From contig NC_058383.1 of assembly GCF_018350175.1 (NCBI RefSeq), positions 15,316,001-15,380,000 of the forward strand: a DNA stretch of 64,000 nt, read 5' to 3'. Positions 24,978 through 37,933 of this stretch are shown here, piece after piece. The notes beneath the pieces are model-generated. The model was not told the DNA's origin. It saw only the letters and a program-made list of their open reading frames with translations, and ran no database searches. The translations under genes were made by a program, and so were the position numbers. Numbering within the stretch: the stretch's first letter is position 1; every line of letters begins with the position of its first letter. This DNA comes from Felis catus. Taxonomy: Eukaryota.

Positions 24978-26995
24978 CGTTAACACCTCTCTATCCCAAC
25001 TTCTCCCTCATGAGCCCTCTGAAAACCCAAGGGTTTTAAACCTAACAAAAGTTGTTTAAAAAAGAATGGTAACTCCATGCAAAATTGATACACTGACATT
25101 TTAAAAATATTTCCCTTTTAACTCTACCTTTTTATACAACTTCAAAAAGTAACATTTTAGCTATTGTTGTAACAACTTTGTTGCTTTTCATATTACTGCC
25201 CGGTGGCCAATAATTTTGACCAACTCTCTGATTTCCTATGGTGTTAAATTTTAAACTTTGTGCATGCCTGTGTGTATGATCATTCTTTTTACAAACAATA
25301 GTGTCTTTTTTATTTACTAAATTAGACATGTGATCCTGTGTAAGTTTAAGGTATACAGCATGTTACATTTATATATTGTAATAAGATTGCCAATATACTA
25401 TTTATTATATTACATAATTATAGTAATTATTACGTATATTCATTATACTATGCATTAGGTCTCTATGGCTTATTTACTACTTGTTACAAGTCTGTACCCT
25501 TAAACACCACAATCTTACACCCCACCTTGTTCCCTAGTCACCACCATTTTACTTTATTGTTTTTTTAACAGATTTAACTTTTTTAGATTCTACATATAAG
25601 TACTTGTCTTTGTCTGACTTGCATAGCATAATGTGCTTGAAATCCATCCAACTTGCTGCAAATGGCAACATATCCTGCTTTCTCATGGATGAGTAGATTT
25701 CATTGTGTATTGTACCACACTTTTTTTCATCCATTCATCTGTTTATGGGCATTTGGGTTGTCTCCATATCTCGGCTATTGTGAATAATGCTACAATAAAC
25801 ATGGGAGTACATATCTCATCAAAATCCTGTTTTCATTTTCTTTGGGTATATATCCAGAAGTGGAATTGCTGGATCATATGGCAGACCTATTTTTAATTTT
25901 TTGACAAACCTCCGTATTCTTTTCTTGGTGGTTGGACGAATTTACTTTCCCACCAATAATGTATAAATTCCCTTTTTACCACATCCTCACCAGCATCTGT
26001 TGTCCCTCGTTTTCTTCATGGTAGCCATTTTAACAAGTATTAGGTGGGATCTCATTGTGGTTTTGATTTGCATCTCCCTGATTAGTGATGTTGAGCATCT
26101 TTTCATGCACCTGTTGGCCATTTTGATGTCCTCTTTGCAAAACTGCCTATTTAGTTCTTCTGCCCATTTTCTAATCAGATTGTTTTTGTTACTAAGTTGA
26201 CTGACTTCTTTATCTTGGAATGTTCTGTGTATGGCTGTTAAGTCCATTTCCTTTAAAGTGTGGTTCAATTCCAAGTTTCCTTCTTGACTTCCTTTCTCAA
26301 TGATCTATCCATTGATGACAGTGGGGTATTTAGGTCCCATACTATTACTGAACTATCTATTTATGCCTCAAGATCTCTTGGTATTTGCTTAATCTATTTC
26401 AGTGCTTGGATATTAGGACTGTATATACTTGCAAGTGTTCTATCTTCTTGATGTAATAATGATTTATTTATCGTTATATAATGACCTTCCTGTCTCTTAT
26501 TACCTTTTTGGGCTTGAAGTCTATTTTGTCTGATATCAGTACTGCACCTCCTTGGGTTTCCATCTTGGAATATCATCTTTCACCCTTTCAGTTTGAGTCT
26601 GTGTGAGTCTTTAGAGATGAAATAAATCTCCTGTAGGCAGCACATAGTTGAGTCTTGTGGTCTTTTAAATCCATTCAGCCCCTCTGAGCCTTGTGATTGG
26701 TGGTTTCAGTCCATTTACATTTTGGGTGACTTATTGACATGTAAGGATTTATTTACTAGTGGTGTCTTATCTCTTGCCTTCCCATTGTTTTTTTTTTTCC
26801 TTCTGTTCCTACCTTTGTAAGTTGGTGGTCTTCCATGATGATTTGCTCTGTCTTCCTTTTCTTTATGTTTTGTGTCTATGCTCTACATTTTTGCTTAGTG
26901 GTTACCATGAGGGTTACAAAACACATCTCATAGATAAAATACTCATTTTCTACTGATAGCAATTAATCTTGATTTGCCTATAAAGATTCCATCCT

Positions 26996-27137
26996 TTTAT
27001 TTCTTTCTTTTTTTTTTTTTTTTTTTTAAGTAGGCTCCATGGCCAGCATAGGGCACAATATGGGGCTTGAACTCACAACCCTGAGATCAAGACCTGAGCT
27101 GAGATCAAGAGTCGAACCTGAGCCAACCAAGTGCCCC
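26996..27137 (-). mobile_element. Short old Can-SINE inside the L1
   Basis: T tail and gggcttgaactcacaaccctgagatcaagacctgagc. Confidence 0.88.
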
Positions 27138-27858
27138 ATATTATTCAGTATTTTTGATGTCACAAATCATCTTTTCATGCTGTGATTTTGTTACCAAGTT
27201 GTAGTAGCTATAATTATTTTTAATGTTTTTCCTTTAACCTTTATACTATAATTAAGAGTATAATATGCTATTCTAAAAGTCAGTTATAGTTTTCTAATTC
27301 TGATTGTCTATTTACCACCTTAATCAGGGTTTTGTGTGCACTTTCATCTTCTCATTTCAGCTTGGAGAGCTCCCTGCAACTTATCTTGTAAGGTCTAGTG
27401 GTGGTGAACTCCCCTCAGTTTTGGTTTGTCTGGGAAAGCTTTTATCTTTCCTTCATGTTTGAAGGATACCTTGCCAGGTATTCCTGGCTGGCAGTTTTTA
27501 TCTTTCAATATTCTGAAAAGTTATTCCTCTCTCTGAGGCTATAGAGTTTCTGCTGAGAAATCTGCTGATAGTCTAATGCAGGTTCCTTTTTAAGTTACTG
27601 TCTTTTTTCCCCCAGCTACCTTTAAAATTCTTTATCATTGACTTTTGACAGTTTCAATACAATATGTCTTGAAGAAGGTCTTTTCATACTGAGACAAGTG
27701 TTATATTAGCTTCATGGACTTATATGTCCAGTTCCTTCCCCAGGTTTGGGAAGTTCTCAGCATTATTTCTTTAAATCCACTCTGCTCCCTTCTCCCCCTC
27801 TTCTCCCTCTGGTATACCAATTCATCTAATGGAGTCTGATAGGTCTCACAGAGTTTCT

Positions 27859-27948
27859 TAAAAAATTTTTTAATGCTTATTTATTTTTTTGAGAGAGAAA
27901 GAGTGCCAGCACGGGAGGGGGAGAGAGAGACTGAGCCACCCATGCACC
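27859..27948 (-). mobile_element. Internally deleted Can-SINE
   Basis: Tail joined directly to head; TSD ctcacagagtttct at 27845-27858 and 27949-27962. Confidence 0.88.
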
Positions 27949-27991
27949 CTCACAGAGTTTCTCTTTCCTAAATCTTAAAATCTTACTTCTC

Positions 27992-28265
27992 ACCATGGGG
28001 GAAGGGAAGGAGAAAAAACAGTTTCAAACACAGAGGGAGGCAAACCACAAGAGACTCTTAAATACAGAGAACAAACTGAAGGTTGATGGGGGGACGAGAG
28101 AGAGGGAAAAATGGGTGATAGGCATTGAGGAGGGCACTCGCTGGGATGAGCACTGGGTGTTGTATGTAAGCAATCAATCATGGGAATCTACTCTCAAAGC
28201 CAAGAGCACAGTGAATACACTGTATGTTCGTTAACTTGATAACAAATTATATAAAAAGAAAAAAA
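27992..28265 (+). mobile_element. L1_Fc-type 3' UTR (heavily 5'-truncated)
   Basis: accatgggggaagggaagg...gggatgagcactgggtgttgtatg, homologous to the L1 3' UTR at 62278-62490. Confidence 0.92.
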
Positions 28266-28491
28266 GATTAATGTCAATGTTATCATTTTGATAAGAAAAT
28301 AAATGACTGTAAATATTTAAAAAAATCATTTCTAGATTCCTTTCTTCCAGCTCACTGATTCTCTCTTCCATTTGATCTGCTCTGTTGCTGGTGCTTTCTA
28401 AATGCATTCTTCATGCCATTCATTGAGTTCTTCGGCTCTAGAGTTTGTTTGGTTCTTCCTTAGGATTTCAATATCATTGGTAAAGTACTCG

Positions 28492-28625
28492 TTTGTTGTT
28501 TTTTTTTTTTAAGTAGGCTTCACATCCAGTGCAGAGCCCAAAGCAGGGCTTGAACTCACAACTCTGAGATCAAATCTAAGATCAAGAGTTGTATGCTTAA
28601 CCGACTGAGCCACCCAGGTATCCCA
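28492..28625 (-). mobile_element. Short old Can-SINE inside the L1
   Basis: TSD gtaaagtactc at 28480-28490 and 28626-28636. Confidence 0.9.
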
Positions 28626-29669
28626 GTAAAGTACTCCTTCTATTCATGCCTTTCTAAGTTTTCTTGTAGCTTGTTGAATTTTGTCATAATAGCTAGTGCA
28701 AATTATGTCATCAGTGAGATTGGAATAGTCTGTGTTTTGGGGTCCAGTTGCTGGAAAACTGTCATTTTCCTTTTGTGATACCATATTACCATGATTTTTC
28801 ATAGTGATTCATGATAAGTGCCTCTGCCACTGAATCTAAAGTAGGAAACACCTTTCTTACTTAGGTCAAGCCTTTACTCTGAGTCTAATAATTTAGACAG
28901 GTTGGTAATTGGGAGTCTTCCTTTTCTTTTCCAGAAGGTGGTGCTAAAGCACAAGTTTTTGGTTTCTCCTGCAAGAGAGGACTCCCCCACTAAGGTGGGG
29001 AGAGCAGTGCATTTAAAGAGGGTGGGGTGGGGCGGGGGCAGCAAAATGGAAGGAGGTGTGTGCTTAGCACCTGGGGCTATGGGTGTGCCCGTGACCAAGT
29101 AAAAGGATCCTAAAGTGGCGAGTTCCCAGAGCTCCAGGGCAGTCCTTTAGCCTAAATCCCCTGGGGCAGACAGCAGGAAACTCTCCAGTTCTGTGTCTGC
29201 CTTCTTCCTTTCCCTTTCCTTTCTCCCAGTCACCAAGGTCTCTCAGAGACAGCAGTGGTTCCCCAGCTGTGTAGCAAATGCTTTCAGCCTCCACATCCTC
29301 TGCCAGTAGGGTGCCCCACCCCTATCAGACCTGTCCCTGTAGCCTCTGCTGCCACTCCCCTCACTCCACAGCCTCCTCCAACACCCAATCTACCCACTTT
29401 TGGGTACACACGTGAATGAATCTCTTGGGTGTCCTGGTGTGCTGCACAGAGGTGTGTTTTTGTTTGGTTACGGATATCTCATTACTTGTAAATGGAAGGC
29501 AAGGGAAAAAAGGAAGAAGGCAGGCAGCCATGACTCTGATGTCACTCCAATAGTATCTTTTTATATTTGACAATTATTTTCTTTTTTTTCATGTGGTACT
29601 TTAGAGGTCAGCATTTACAAAACAACTTTGAATTTTGAAAGTTCATTGTCTTCTATTCCTATGTGGGAA

Positions 29670-30660
29670 TTTCACCAATATTTCACCAGCCATCTACTGA
29701 GAACTTACAGGCATTATACTGGTGACATGAAGATAAATAAGCAGGGGGCACCAGTCTCAAGCAACTCAGTCTAATGGGGGAAACACAGGTAAATAAATAA
29801 AATGTAATGTTTTCCATATTATAATATATGCATAGTTTAAGCGGAATACAAAAACAGGTCATTTCCAGGCCCCAGAAGATGGTCATCTCCATCTGGAAAG
29901 CGCTCCCTCTAAGTCATCCAAACCAAATCATCTTACCTACAAAACCTGTTCCTTCCTTATGTGATCCTCTGCTGCTCTGGGGCCCCCTAATCCTAGCAAT
30001 CAGCATAGCTGGAACCTTCCCAGTCGTTAATTGGTCCTCTTCTACGCTGGGCTCTCAGAGCCATGCAGTTTGCCAAGTTGATCTATTATGTCTCAATAAT
30101 ATCTTTTTTAGGACTCCTCATTCTCACTGTCCTACTTTCATCTTTATGACTCTTACCTAAAAGAACACTCTATCTAGTTGCCTGCTTTTTGGCTCTCCCA
30201 TTCTATACCATGCTGGCAGACTGCTCTGCAGGAAGCAAGATCTTTCCAAAGAACAGCACTTAAAATCCTCTACAATCTACCCCCAACCTTTTCAACTTGG
30301 TTTCCAGCTGCCAGTCTCCTTCACACACTCTGTGGTCCAGAACTATATTTACATAATGGTGTCACAAATACCCTAACTTCCTATTTTTCTCGGGAGATTC
30401 TTATTAAAAATTACAGCTTCCTACCTTCAAGATCCCAATTAAATGATAGCTTCCCTGAGAAGTTTTACTGTTTCTCCCATCTGGAAAAAAAAAAAAAAAT
30501 TGCACTCTCTTTTGAACTTCCCCAGCAATTGATTTGTGCCTCTACTCTTTTTACTAATGTTATCTTCCCTAATAGAATGAATTTTTAAGAGTAGGACCAT
30601 CTCTGTTCCCAAAATGCCAACATTTGTATGTAGCTAGTAATCGATAAGTCCCTTTTGAAT
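29670..30660. mobile_element. Degenerate L2 fragments in both orientations
   Basis: L2 3'-end-like motifs at about 29680-29790 (minus) and 30570-30660 (plus). Confidence 0.5.
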
Positions 30661-30730
30661 ACATTACTGCCTATTTCATTCCACAGTCAAACACAGATCC
30701 AAGAATATCTTAATAAGCTGGATGTCTCAC

Positions 30731-30908
30731 CTGATTTCCACAGGGAATTGTGCATTTGTGACCAGGAAACTGGAGATTTTACACTCATGGAGTAATTTCA
30801 AAAACCTATTGATTTCTGGGTACATGATGGGTTCTCCCACAAGGGACAAGGCGCAGTGCTTTACCATCATCCCTTCTTCAAAACGATCTTCTCTGACACC
30901 TGGGACTC
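30731..30908 (-). CDS. TYW1: TYW1 internal coding exon (178 bp)
   Basis: tgttctccag|GA GTC CCA...GAA ATC AG|gtgaga; translates GVPGVREDRFEEGMMVKHCALSLVGEPIMYPEINRFLKLLHECKISSFLVTNAQFPVEI(R), containing the radical-SAM GGE-like SLVGEP and VTNA motifs. Phase 1 in, phase 2 out. Confidence 0.98.
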
Positions 30909-31257
30909 CTGGAGAACACAGTGAAAAGGAACAAGCTCAGTAAGGCATAGAGACAGGCTATCACTTTTGTTTTTCTTAATTACAGATTTTTAATTTTTCT
31001 AAATGGCTCTTTGGTTAGAGACGGAAAATTCATTTGTGATACCATTCAAATAATACAAAACAAGGGCTGGGAGTGAGAAACACTAGAATTAGTAAATCAG
31101 AGAAAGCAGCAATCCCATCCTCAGTCTTAATACTAATTAAACTACATCAATACAAGCAGGCGAAATGAACTTTGATAGCTAATTATCTGAAATGCAGAAC
31201 GTATTACTTTCCATAATTTGCTTAGCTCTGTATTCTTTCATGTTGGTTTAAGGAAAT

Positions 31258-31918
31258 GAGCTCAAATGTTTATCAACAGATAAGTGGATAAACAAAATTT
31301 AGTATAAACATGAAATGGAAAGTTATTCAGCCTTGCAAAGAATTGCAATGCTGACAGGTGACAACATGGATGAATCTATGCTAAGTGAAATAAGCCCAAC
31401 ACATAGAGGCAAATATTGTATGTTTCCACTTATCTGAAGCACCCAGAATAAGCTAATTCAGAGAGACGGAAAGTAGAAGGTTATCAGAGGCTGGGAAGAG
31501 GGAGAAACGAGGAGTTATTTTTTCTTGGGTACAGAACTTCTGTTAGGGATGATGACAAAGTTCTGAAAATGGATACTGCTGACGGCTGCCCAATATTGAC
31601 AATGTACCTAATGACACTGAGTCATACACTTTAAAAATGGCTGCAATGAGGGGCACCTGGGTGGCCCAGTCGGGTAAGCGTCCGACTTCGGCTCAGGTCA
31701 CCATCTCACGGCTAAGGTCACGATCTCACGGCTCCGTGTGTTCGAGCCCTGCATCAGAACCTGGAGCCTACTTCGGATTCTGTCTCCACCTCTTTCTGCC
31801 CCTTCCCCATTCACGTTCTGTCTGTCTCTCTCTCAAATATAAATAAATATTTAAAAAATTATTTTAAAAAATGGCAGCAATGGTAAATTTTGTGTTATGT
31901 ATATTTTACCACAAAAAT
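31258..31918 (+). mobile_element. L1MB-type 3' end interrupted by a SINE
   Basis: caaatgtttatcaacagataagtggataaacaaaat...atggtaaattttgtgttatgtatattttaccacaa. Confidence 0.88.
31650..31865 (+). mobile_element. Can-SINE with an internal 20-bp duplication
   Basis: TSD aaaaatggc(t/a)gcaatg; aggtcac.atctcacggct occurs twice. Confidence 0.93.
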
Positions 31919-32049
31919 ATGGGAGGGAATGAACTCAGTATAAGGAAAAGCCTCTTCTAGACCAGTCATTTCCCCCTTCGTTCCTCAAGTATTCTGCATT
32001 GTGAAACTAAATGGAGTTGGTCCAAAAGTATATAGGAGAGAAAAACAAA

Positions 32050-32562
32050 CCTGAAGCTCTTACCTTTGGCTACATGTTAGAATCACCGGGAATGTCAAAA
32101 ACTAGGTCCACCACCAAAGATTCTATTTAATTGGGATGGGTATAAGCCAGGATAACAGGAGACTTAAACTTCCTCAAGTGATCCTCATGTGGAGCCAAGG
32201 TTGAACACCACTGCATAAACCAGAGCTCCCCAAATGTGTTTGCACATTGGAATCACCTGGGAAACCTTAACACTTCCAAACCCCAGGCCCCAGCACAGAC
32301 TAACTAAATCACAGTCCCTGGGGGAGAAGCATGGGCATCAGCAGCTTCTGAGGCTCCCCGGGTGATTCCAATGTACAAACAAAAGTTTGGAGACAGTTTT
32401 CAACCCTCACTGGACATTGGAACTACCCAGAGTACTTTTAAAAATCTCGATGTCCAGGTAGTATCCCAAACCAATTAAATCGAAACCTCTGGGGATGGGA
32501 CTCCAGCATTTTTTAAACACTCCCCATTTGATTCCAGTGTACAGCATGGGTTGAGAAAAACT
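32050..32562. mobile_element. Three adjacent MER5-type hAT MITEs
   Basis: Repeated motifs ttagaatcacc / ttggaatcacctggg / ttggaactaccc, with ends ggttgaacaccactg, gtttggagacag and ggttgagaaaaactg. Confidence 0.8.
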
Positions 32563-32650
32563 GTTCTTACTTCTAATGCAGAAGGCACTCCTGACAGTCC
32601 CTCAATCTAAGAATCTGGAAGACTTGGAAAGAATATAAAAAGGGAAATGA

Positions 32651-32771
32651 GGGGTGCCTGGTTGGCTCAGTCGGTTAAGCATTGAACTCTTGATATTGGC
32701 TCAGCAGGATCTCAGGATTCATGAGTTCGAGCCCCACACCAGGCTCTGCACTGATAGTGCAGAGCCTGCTT

Positions 32772-32808
<37 letters not shown>
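32651..32808 (+). mobile_element. Can-SINE 5' part ending in (AC)16
   Basis: Head runs to gagcctgcttggg, then (AC)16 at 32775-32806; no A tail. Confidence 0.9.
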
Positions 32809-32809
<1 letters not shown>

Positions 32810-33234
32810 ATGTGGAAATAAGCAACTGCAACTAAATACCTGAGAGATCAAACTAACGCAATACAGGCTAAAATCAGAACAATATAAATGTGGCAGGTGA
32901 GATCTTCTTTGATCACTCTCTAACTGCAATTCTGAGAATGTACTTCACATTTCACATCAGTATTTTTAAATGAATAGTTTTTTACGTGACTGAAATCGAA
33001 GATCTTAACTCAAGTGAATCAAGGTTTTAAATAAAACCTGATTCTTGACTCAACTCCACGTTGCCAAAACAACTCCGCATTAAGCATACAATTTCCTTTT
33101 CGTAAAAAATATCATTAATTTTAATCCCCTCATGAGCAGAAGAGTAGAAGGGCAGATTTAACCTGAACTGCAAAAGTAACCTGAAACTCAGAATAACTGA
33201 GCACTGGCTAGGCCCTAACTGATGTCACGTGAAG

Positions 33235-33329
33235 CAGGTCTAAATTCTGGTTCTACCAGTAGGCTGCTTTGTGTCCTTGGTCAAGCCACTCAACCTCTTT
33301 ATTCCCATTCCCTGATCTACACGTGGGGA

Positions 33330-33381
<52 letters not shown>

Positions 33382-33480
33382 CTTTTGTAAGAATTCACTG
33401 AAATATCTAGTGCAGTACCAGGCCCAGCACAGAAGCATTCAAAAAATGTTAGCTGCAAATATTTTTATTACAATAATAAT
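33235..33480 (+). mobile_element. MIR containing a (CA)24 microsatellite at 33333-33380
   Basis: tgtgtccttggtcaagccactcaacctct...cattcaaaaaatgttagc. Confidence 0.7.
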
Positions 33481-33539
33481 TATTTATTTTTTGAATTGCA
33501 ACAGAAATTCAATCTTTCAGTTATCTTAATTAAAATGGT

Positions 33540-34830
33540 AATTCCATTCAATTCAACATATATTTATTGATCGCCTACTATGTGCCAAATAGTGTTCGAG
33601 GCAAGTTTTCTATAGTAAATTGTTTTATAAATAATTTCTCTATTTAGAGAAAACCCTCTGCCTTTGTGAAGCTTATATTCTTGGGAGAGACAGAGAATAA
33701 ACATTAAACATAATAAATCTGTGAATTCTATACCACTGTGGTCCAAGAAAAGGTTCTGAGATGATGGAAACGTTCTGTCTATTCAATCCAATACAGCAGC
33801 CACCAGCCACATGTCTGTTGAGCATTTAAAATGTGGTGTGGCGTCACTGATGATGAACCAAATTTTTTATTTTATTTAATTTTCACTAATTAAAATGTAA
33901 AGGGCCACATGTGGCTAAGGACTACCACACAGGACATGCGTATCTTTAGTATATTAGAAGGTGATCAGCATATGGAACAGAAAATGTACAGCCGGGTAAA
34001 GAAAACTGGGGATCCAAAGAGGTAGGCCGTCTCGTACAAAGGGCGGTGAGACGAAGCTCACTGAAAATGTGAGATCTGACTTGAAGGAGATGAGGGAGAG
34101 GGCCCAGAGAAGAAAGAGGGAAAGGGCACTCCCGGCAGCAGACAGCAGAGCAAAGGCCCCAGAGTGGGAGCATGCTGACATGTCCAGGGAATCTGAGAAA
34201 CATGGGTAGTCACTGCAGGGTTTTGAGAAAAGTGGCATAACCTCAATCTCCCTCTAAATAGAACCCCCTGGGTGCTATGCTGAGAACAAAGGGGCAAAGA
34301 GACAGGCTCATCTGGCCAGAGGCTATTGTATAATCTAAGATGGTGGCTTCCAAGGCTGCGGTGACAGTGGAGGCTGCGGGAAGAGATCTTGAAGATCTAA
34401 TCAATAGAACTTTCTAACGGATTGGATGCAGGATATGAGACAAAGAGAGGTGTCAATGATTTCTACAAAGCTTTTGGCCAGAGTGATAGAGCGCCACCAA
34501 AGGAGACAAACAAAACGCCTTGGGGGTAACAGGTATTGCAGGGAGGGAATAACCTGTGTTCAATTTCAGACTGGTAAGGTTTGAAATTTATGTTACATGT
34601 GTGAATGAATGTCCAACATTCAAGTTTGGATTTTGGACAAACTGGGTAGAAACAAACATTTTGGCAAACATATGGTATTTCCATTCCTGGCCTGAACAAG
34701 ACTGCCAGGGCAGTGAGTGCAGAGAAGAGAACTGAGCGCTAGGACACTTGCGTATCTAGAGAAAGCAAGAGGGGTCGGCAGAGGACACGACCAAGGAGCA
34801 GCTGGGGAAGGAGGACGATGTAAAAGCAAA
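33540..34830 (-). mobile_element. L2 LINE
   Basis: cattcaattcaacatatatttattgatcgcctactatgtgcca is the canonical reversed L2 3' end; body motifs include gcaaaggcccc and ggattggatg. Confidence 0.85.
33735..33938. mobile_element. MER3-type hAT-Charlie MITE inside the L2
   Basis: gatgatggaaacgttctg...gccaccagccacatgt...ggccacatgtggcta. Confidence 0.8.
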
Positions 34831-37718
34831 GGAACCGGCTGTCATCTTCTCTGAGAGCCTGAACTAAAAACATCAACTTGCCCATTTACACAATGACAAC
34901 AACAAAAACTAAGACAGAAAAAAAAGCCCTGGGGATAAATCTTCTAAGAGTAATGATTCCGGGATTTAAAACTTATCCTAATTTTCTCAAAAGTAAGGTA
35001 TTGAGAAGAAGACATAAAATCGTGGTTCTCTCCTTCATAAAAGCAGATTTCTATTTCGTGCTCACTGCCAGAGGCTATTATAGTGATCTTTCCTGAAACA
35101 AGGCCCTTAGGGACACAATTTCCCGCCTGCCTTCACTGTCCTCAAGGAAATAGGTCAGAAAAGAAGACATCCTCTAAATTTCTAATAGAAAGAAGCTTTG
35201 GAGCAGGAAAATAGTCCAGGGAACAGCAGATGCTACATTTCAGTAACACATCTATAACAGATACTTCCCACGTGGTCTCCTTCCCCTCACCACCCCCCCC
35301 CCCCACACACACACTCTATTCTCATGTTTCCCTTAACCTTAGCCCCTTCACTACTACAATGTGCTTTGTCGTTCTGATTCCCCACCCCCACCCCCATTAG
35401 CAAGTTTCTGACATTTCTCTTATCCTGAACAGCTTCCTGATCCTGGACCATCACTACAGCCATCAGATTAGCTACAAAGCATACCTTCTCTCACGCAAAG
35501 ATGCCAAAGCAGAAACTTAAGATGCCAGAAGTGTTATCCTCATGTCATAGCAATAAAACCAAGTGACACAAAAATAAACATGACACATTGCTCAGCACAG
35601 AGTATTTATGCCTATTTTAAAGTGTGGGTCAATCAGAAAACATTCTCTTCTTTCTTCTCTTAACAATATAGCTCCTGGCCAAGATCTTCCTAAGAAACCC
35701 CCCCAACCCCGCCCCTCTTCAACGTCATAGATAACTTTGCTATTGTCACTTCCACTGCGAGGTTTCTCATAAACAACCTTGAGAAAACAATTAGCAGGTG
35801 ATGCTGTTCCTCACTGCCCCCACGTTCTTCTGGATGTGTACTTTAACATACCTCATTTGTAAAAACCATCAGTTGGAGACCCTTTATTTCTTTGGCATTA
35901 CTTCAGTTTTAAACTACAGGTGAAAAATATCTGGCAACAAATAATGTCTTTTCCATCTTTGCACTTTCAGGACTGAGGACGTTCCTGACAAAGAGTGTGC
36001 ACTCACCCAACTGCTGAACTGTTGGGAAACTGAGCTAAGAAAACCTCCACCCCACTCTCCGGGAACTATTTCTCCTGCCACGGTAGTATTTAGAGGGGGA
36101 CAGGCAGCATTCTGAAAAGATGCTGAGCTGCACTGAAATTCTGACCCACTTGTAATCAATATAAACTTAATTTTGCATGTGCATAAAGGGAAAGCTAATG
36201 AAGGTCATGAAAAGAAAGATATTTTAATGATTCAATTAAAAAACTGAAAAGACAATGATTGCCCTCGGAACTGAGAACAGAAGCACAAAAGGGAAGCATT
36301 TAAAAACTCAGAATATCTTCAAAATCTGTTCAAGGCTGGCCACTCAGCTAAAGCTTGACACCCCGCGGGAATAAGCAATCACACAGCAAGTCTCATCCTC
36401 CACAAAAATAAAATCATAAAATGACTGAACCAGACCCATGGGAGAAGGCAGGTATTCACCATAGGCTAGAAAAGCACACTAAAAAACAAAGGACTCCAAG
36501 CCGGAATAAGGGAAATGATTAATGAGTTAAGAGTAAACCTTATCTAAATACAGGATGTAGTCAGGATATGCAGGATATAGCCAACTAAGAATGGCTTTAA
36601 TTCTTTGAAAATTGTCTTTAAATGTTCCTAAAGCATTTCTGTTTAAGCCTGAAATTTGTATTCCCACAGATACAGCATTATTAAAATGAAGATTAAGTTA
36701 CCATTCAAACTCCCCAAACACCAAATTAATCTGCAATATACTTAAAACTACAGTACTAATAAATCTATTTCAATGTTACCTAATTAAATACAAAATTTTT
36801 TCCTACAGTAAAATGTAACCCAAATTCCAACTAAGGAAACCGCTAATACCCTAATTCCTTTGGTTTCTTATTTTGTTTTGCTCTTTTCAAGCCACAAGGG
36901 GGCACAGGGTAATAGCACTGGAGCTCCAACAGGGAAACTCTAATCTGGGTTTGGAAGAAAAGAAAGGGGAACTTTCCTGAAGGGCCTCGGGAAGTGAGTA
37001 ATTGCATCATGCGAGGTAAGCCATCTCTCCAGACCAATCCCTACTGAGGAGTGCAGATTTGGGGAAGAGAGACAACAGACTCCACCAGGGGCTAAGATGA
37101 AATCTAGAGTTACGTATCTGCATCTGTAGAGTCCAAACTCAGGACCCACGTCACGACTGCACCCAGGTACGGGGTTCAGAAGCGGTAGTGTGACTTGTAT
37201 GAACCTCACCATCCTTTCTCTGAGGCTCACTATTCAGAAAGGAAGGGGACCGGTTTTATTTACACCCTCTCCCCTAGGGATGAATGAAAACTAGAACACA
37301 GAGATTTCACTCACTGCAGGAGGAATTCAGCTTCATAAAAAAAGAAAACTTTAGACTATAACCACTGAGTGAAGTTATAAATTAAAATCTCACTGCCTGA
37401 TGAATGTCTACAATAAAATAAACAACCGCGAATTTGAATGGTTTAGATTACTTTCTGCTGAGAGCCAAGAAAAGAGAAAACATACCCAATAGTCTGAAAC
37501 ATTAAAATTCCATTATTTTGCCCAAGTTATGTGATTTTTTACAAGAATACAATTAACATGTTTGTCTGTCGAGGGCTACAGACCACCAGCCGTTTTCTAG
37601 AAGAACTCTGGATTCTCACAAAGTATGTATTTGATCCTTTAACGTTTAGGGCTTCCCTCCCCCTTTTATAATACTATAGTATCAGAGCCAGGTGTACCGA
37701 TAATTATTGTAGCAATAA

Positions 37719-37933
37719 GGGCCACCTGAGTGGCTCAGTCGACTGGTTAGATGAACGACTCTTGCTTTCGGCTCAGGTCATGATCTGACGGTTCACGAGT
37801 CTGAGCTCCACATCCGGCTCTGCACTGACAGTGCTGGGCCTGCTTAGGATTCTCTCCCTCTCTCTCTCTCTGCCCCTACCCTGTGCATGCTCTCACTCAA
37901 AAATAAAAATAAACTTCAAAAAAAATTTTTTTC
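37719..37933 (+). mobile_element. Can-SINE
   Basis: TSD attatt(g/a)tagcaataag at 37703-37719 and 37934-37950. Confidence 0.93.

Larger units (their letters stand above)
25311..29547 (-). mobile_element. Degenerate, originally full-length L1 with an internal ORF2 deletion and nested insertions
   Basis: 5' start gagtgacatcagagtcatggc; ORF1-region, endonuclease and ORF2 C-terminal remnants ([29 protein letters not shown]); TSD caatagt(g/a)tcttttt at 25296-25310 and 29548-29562. Confidence 0.88.
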
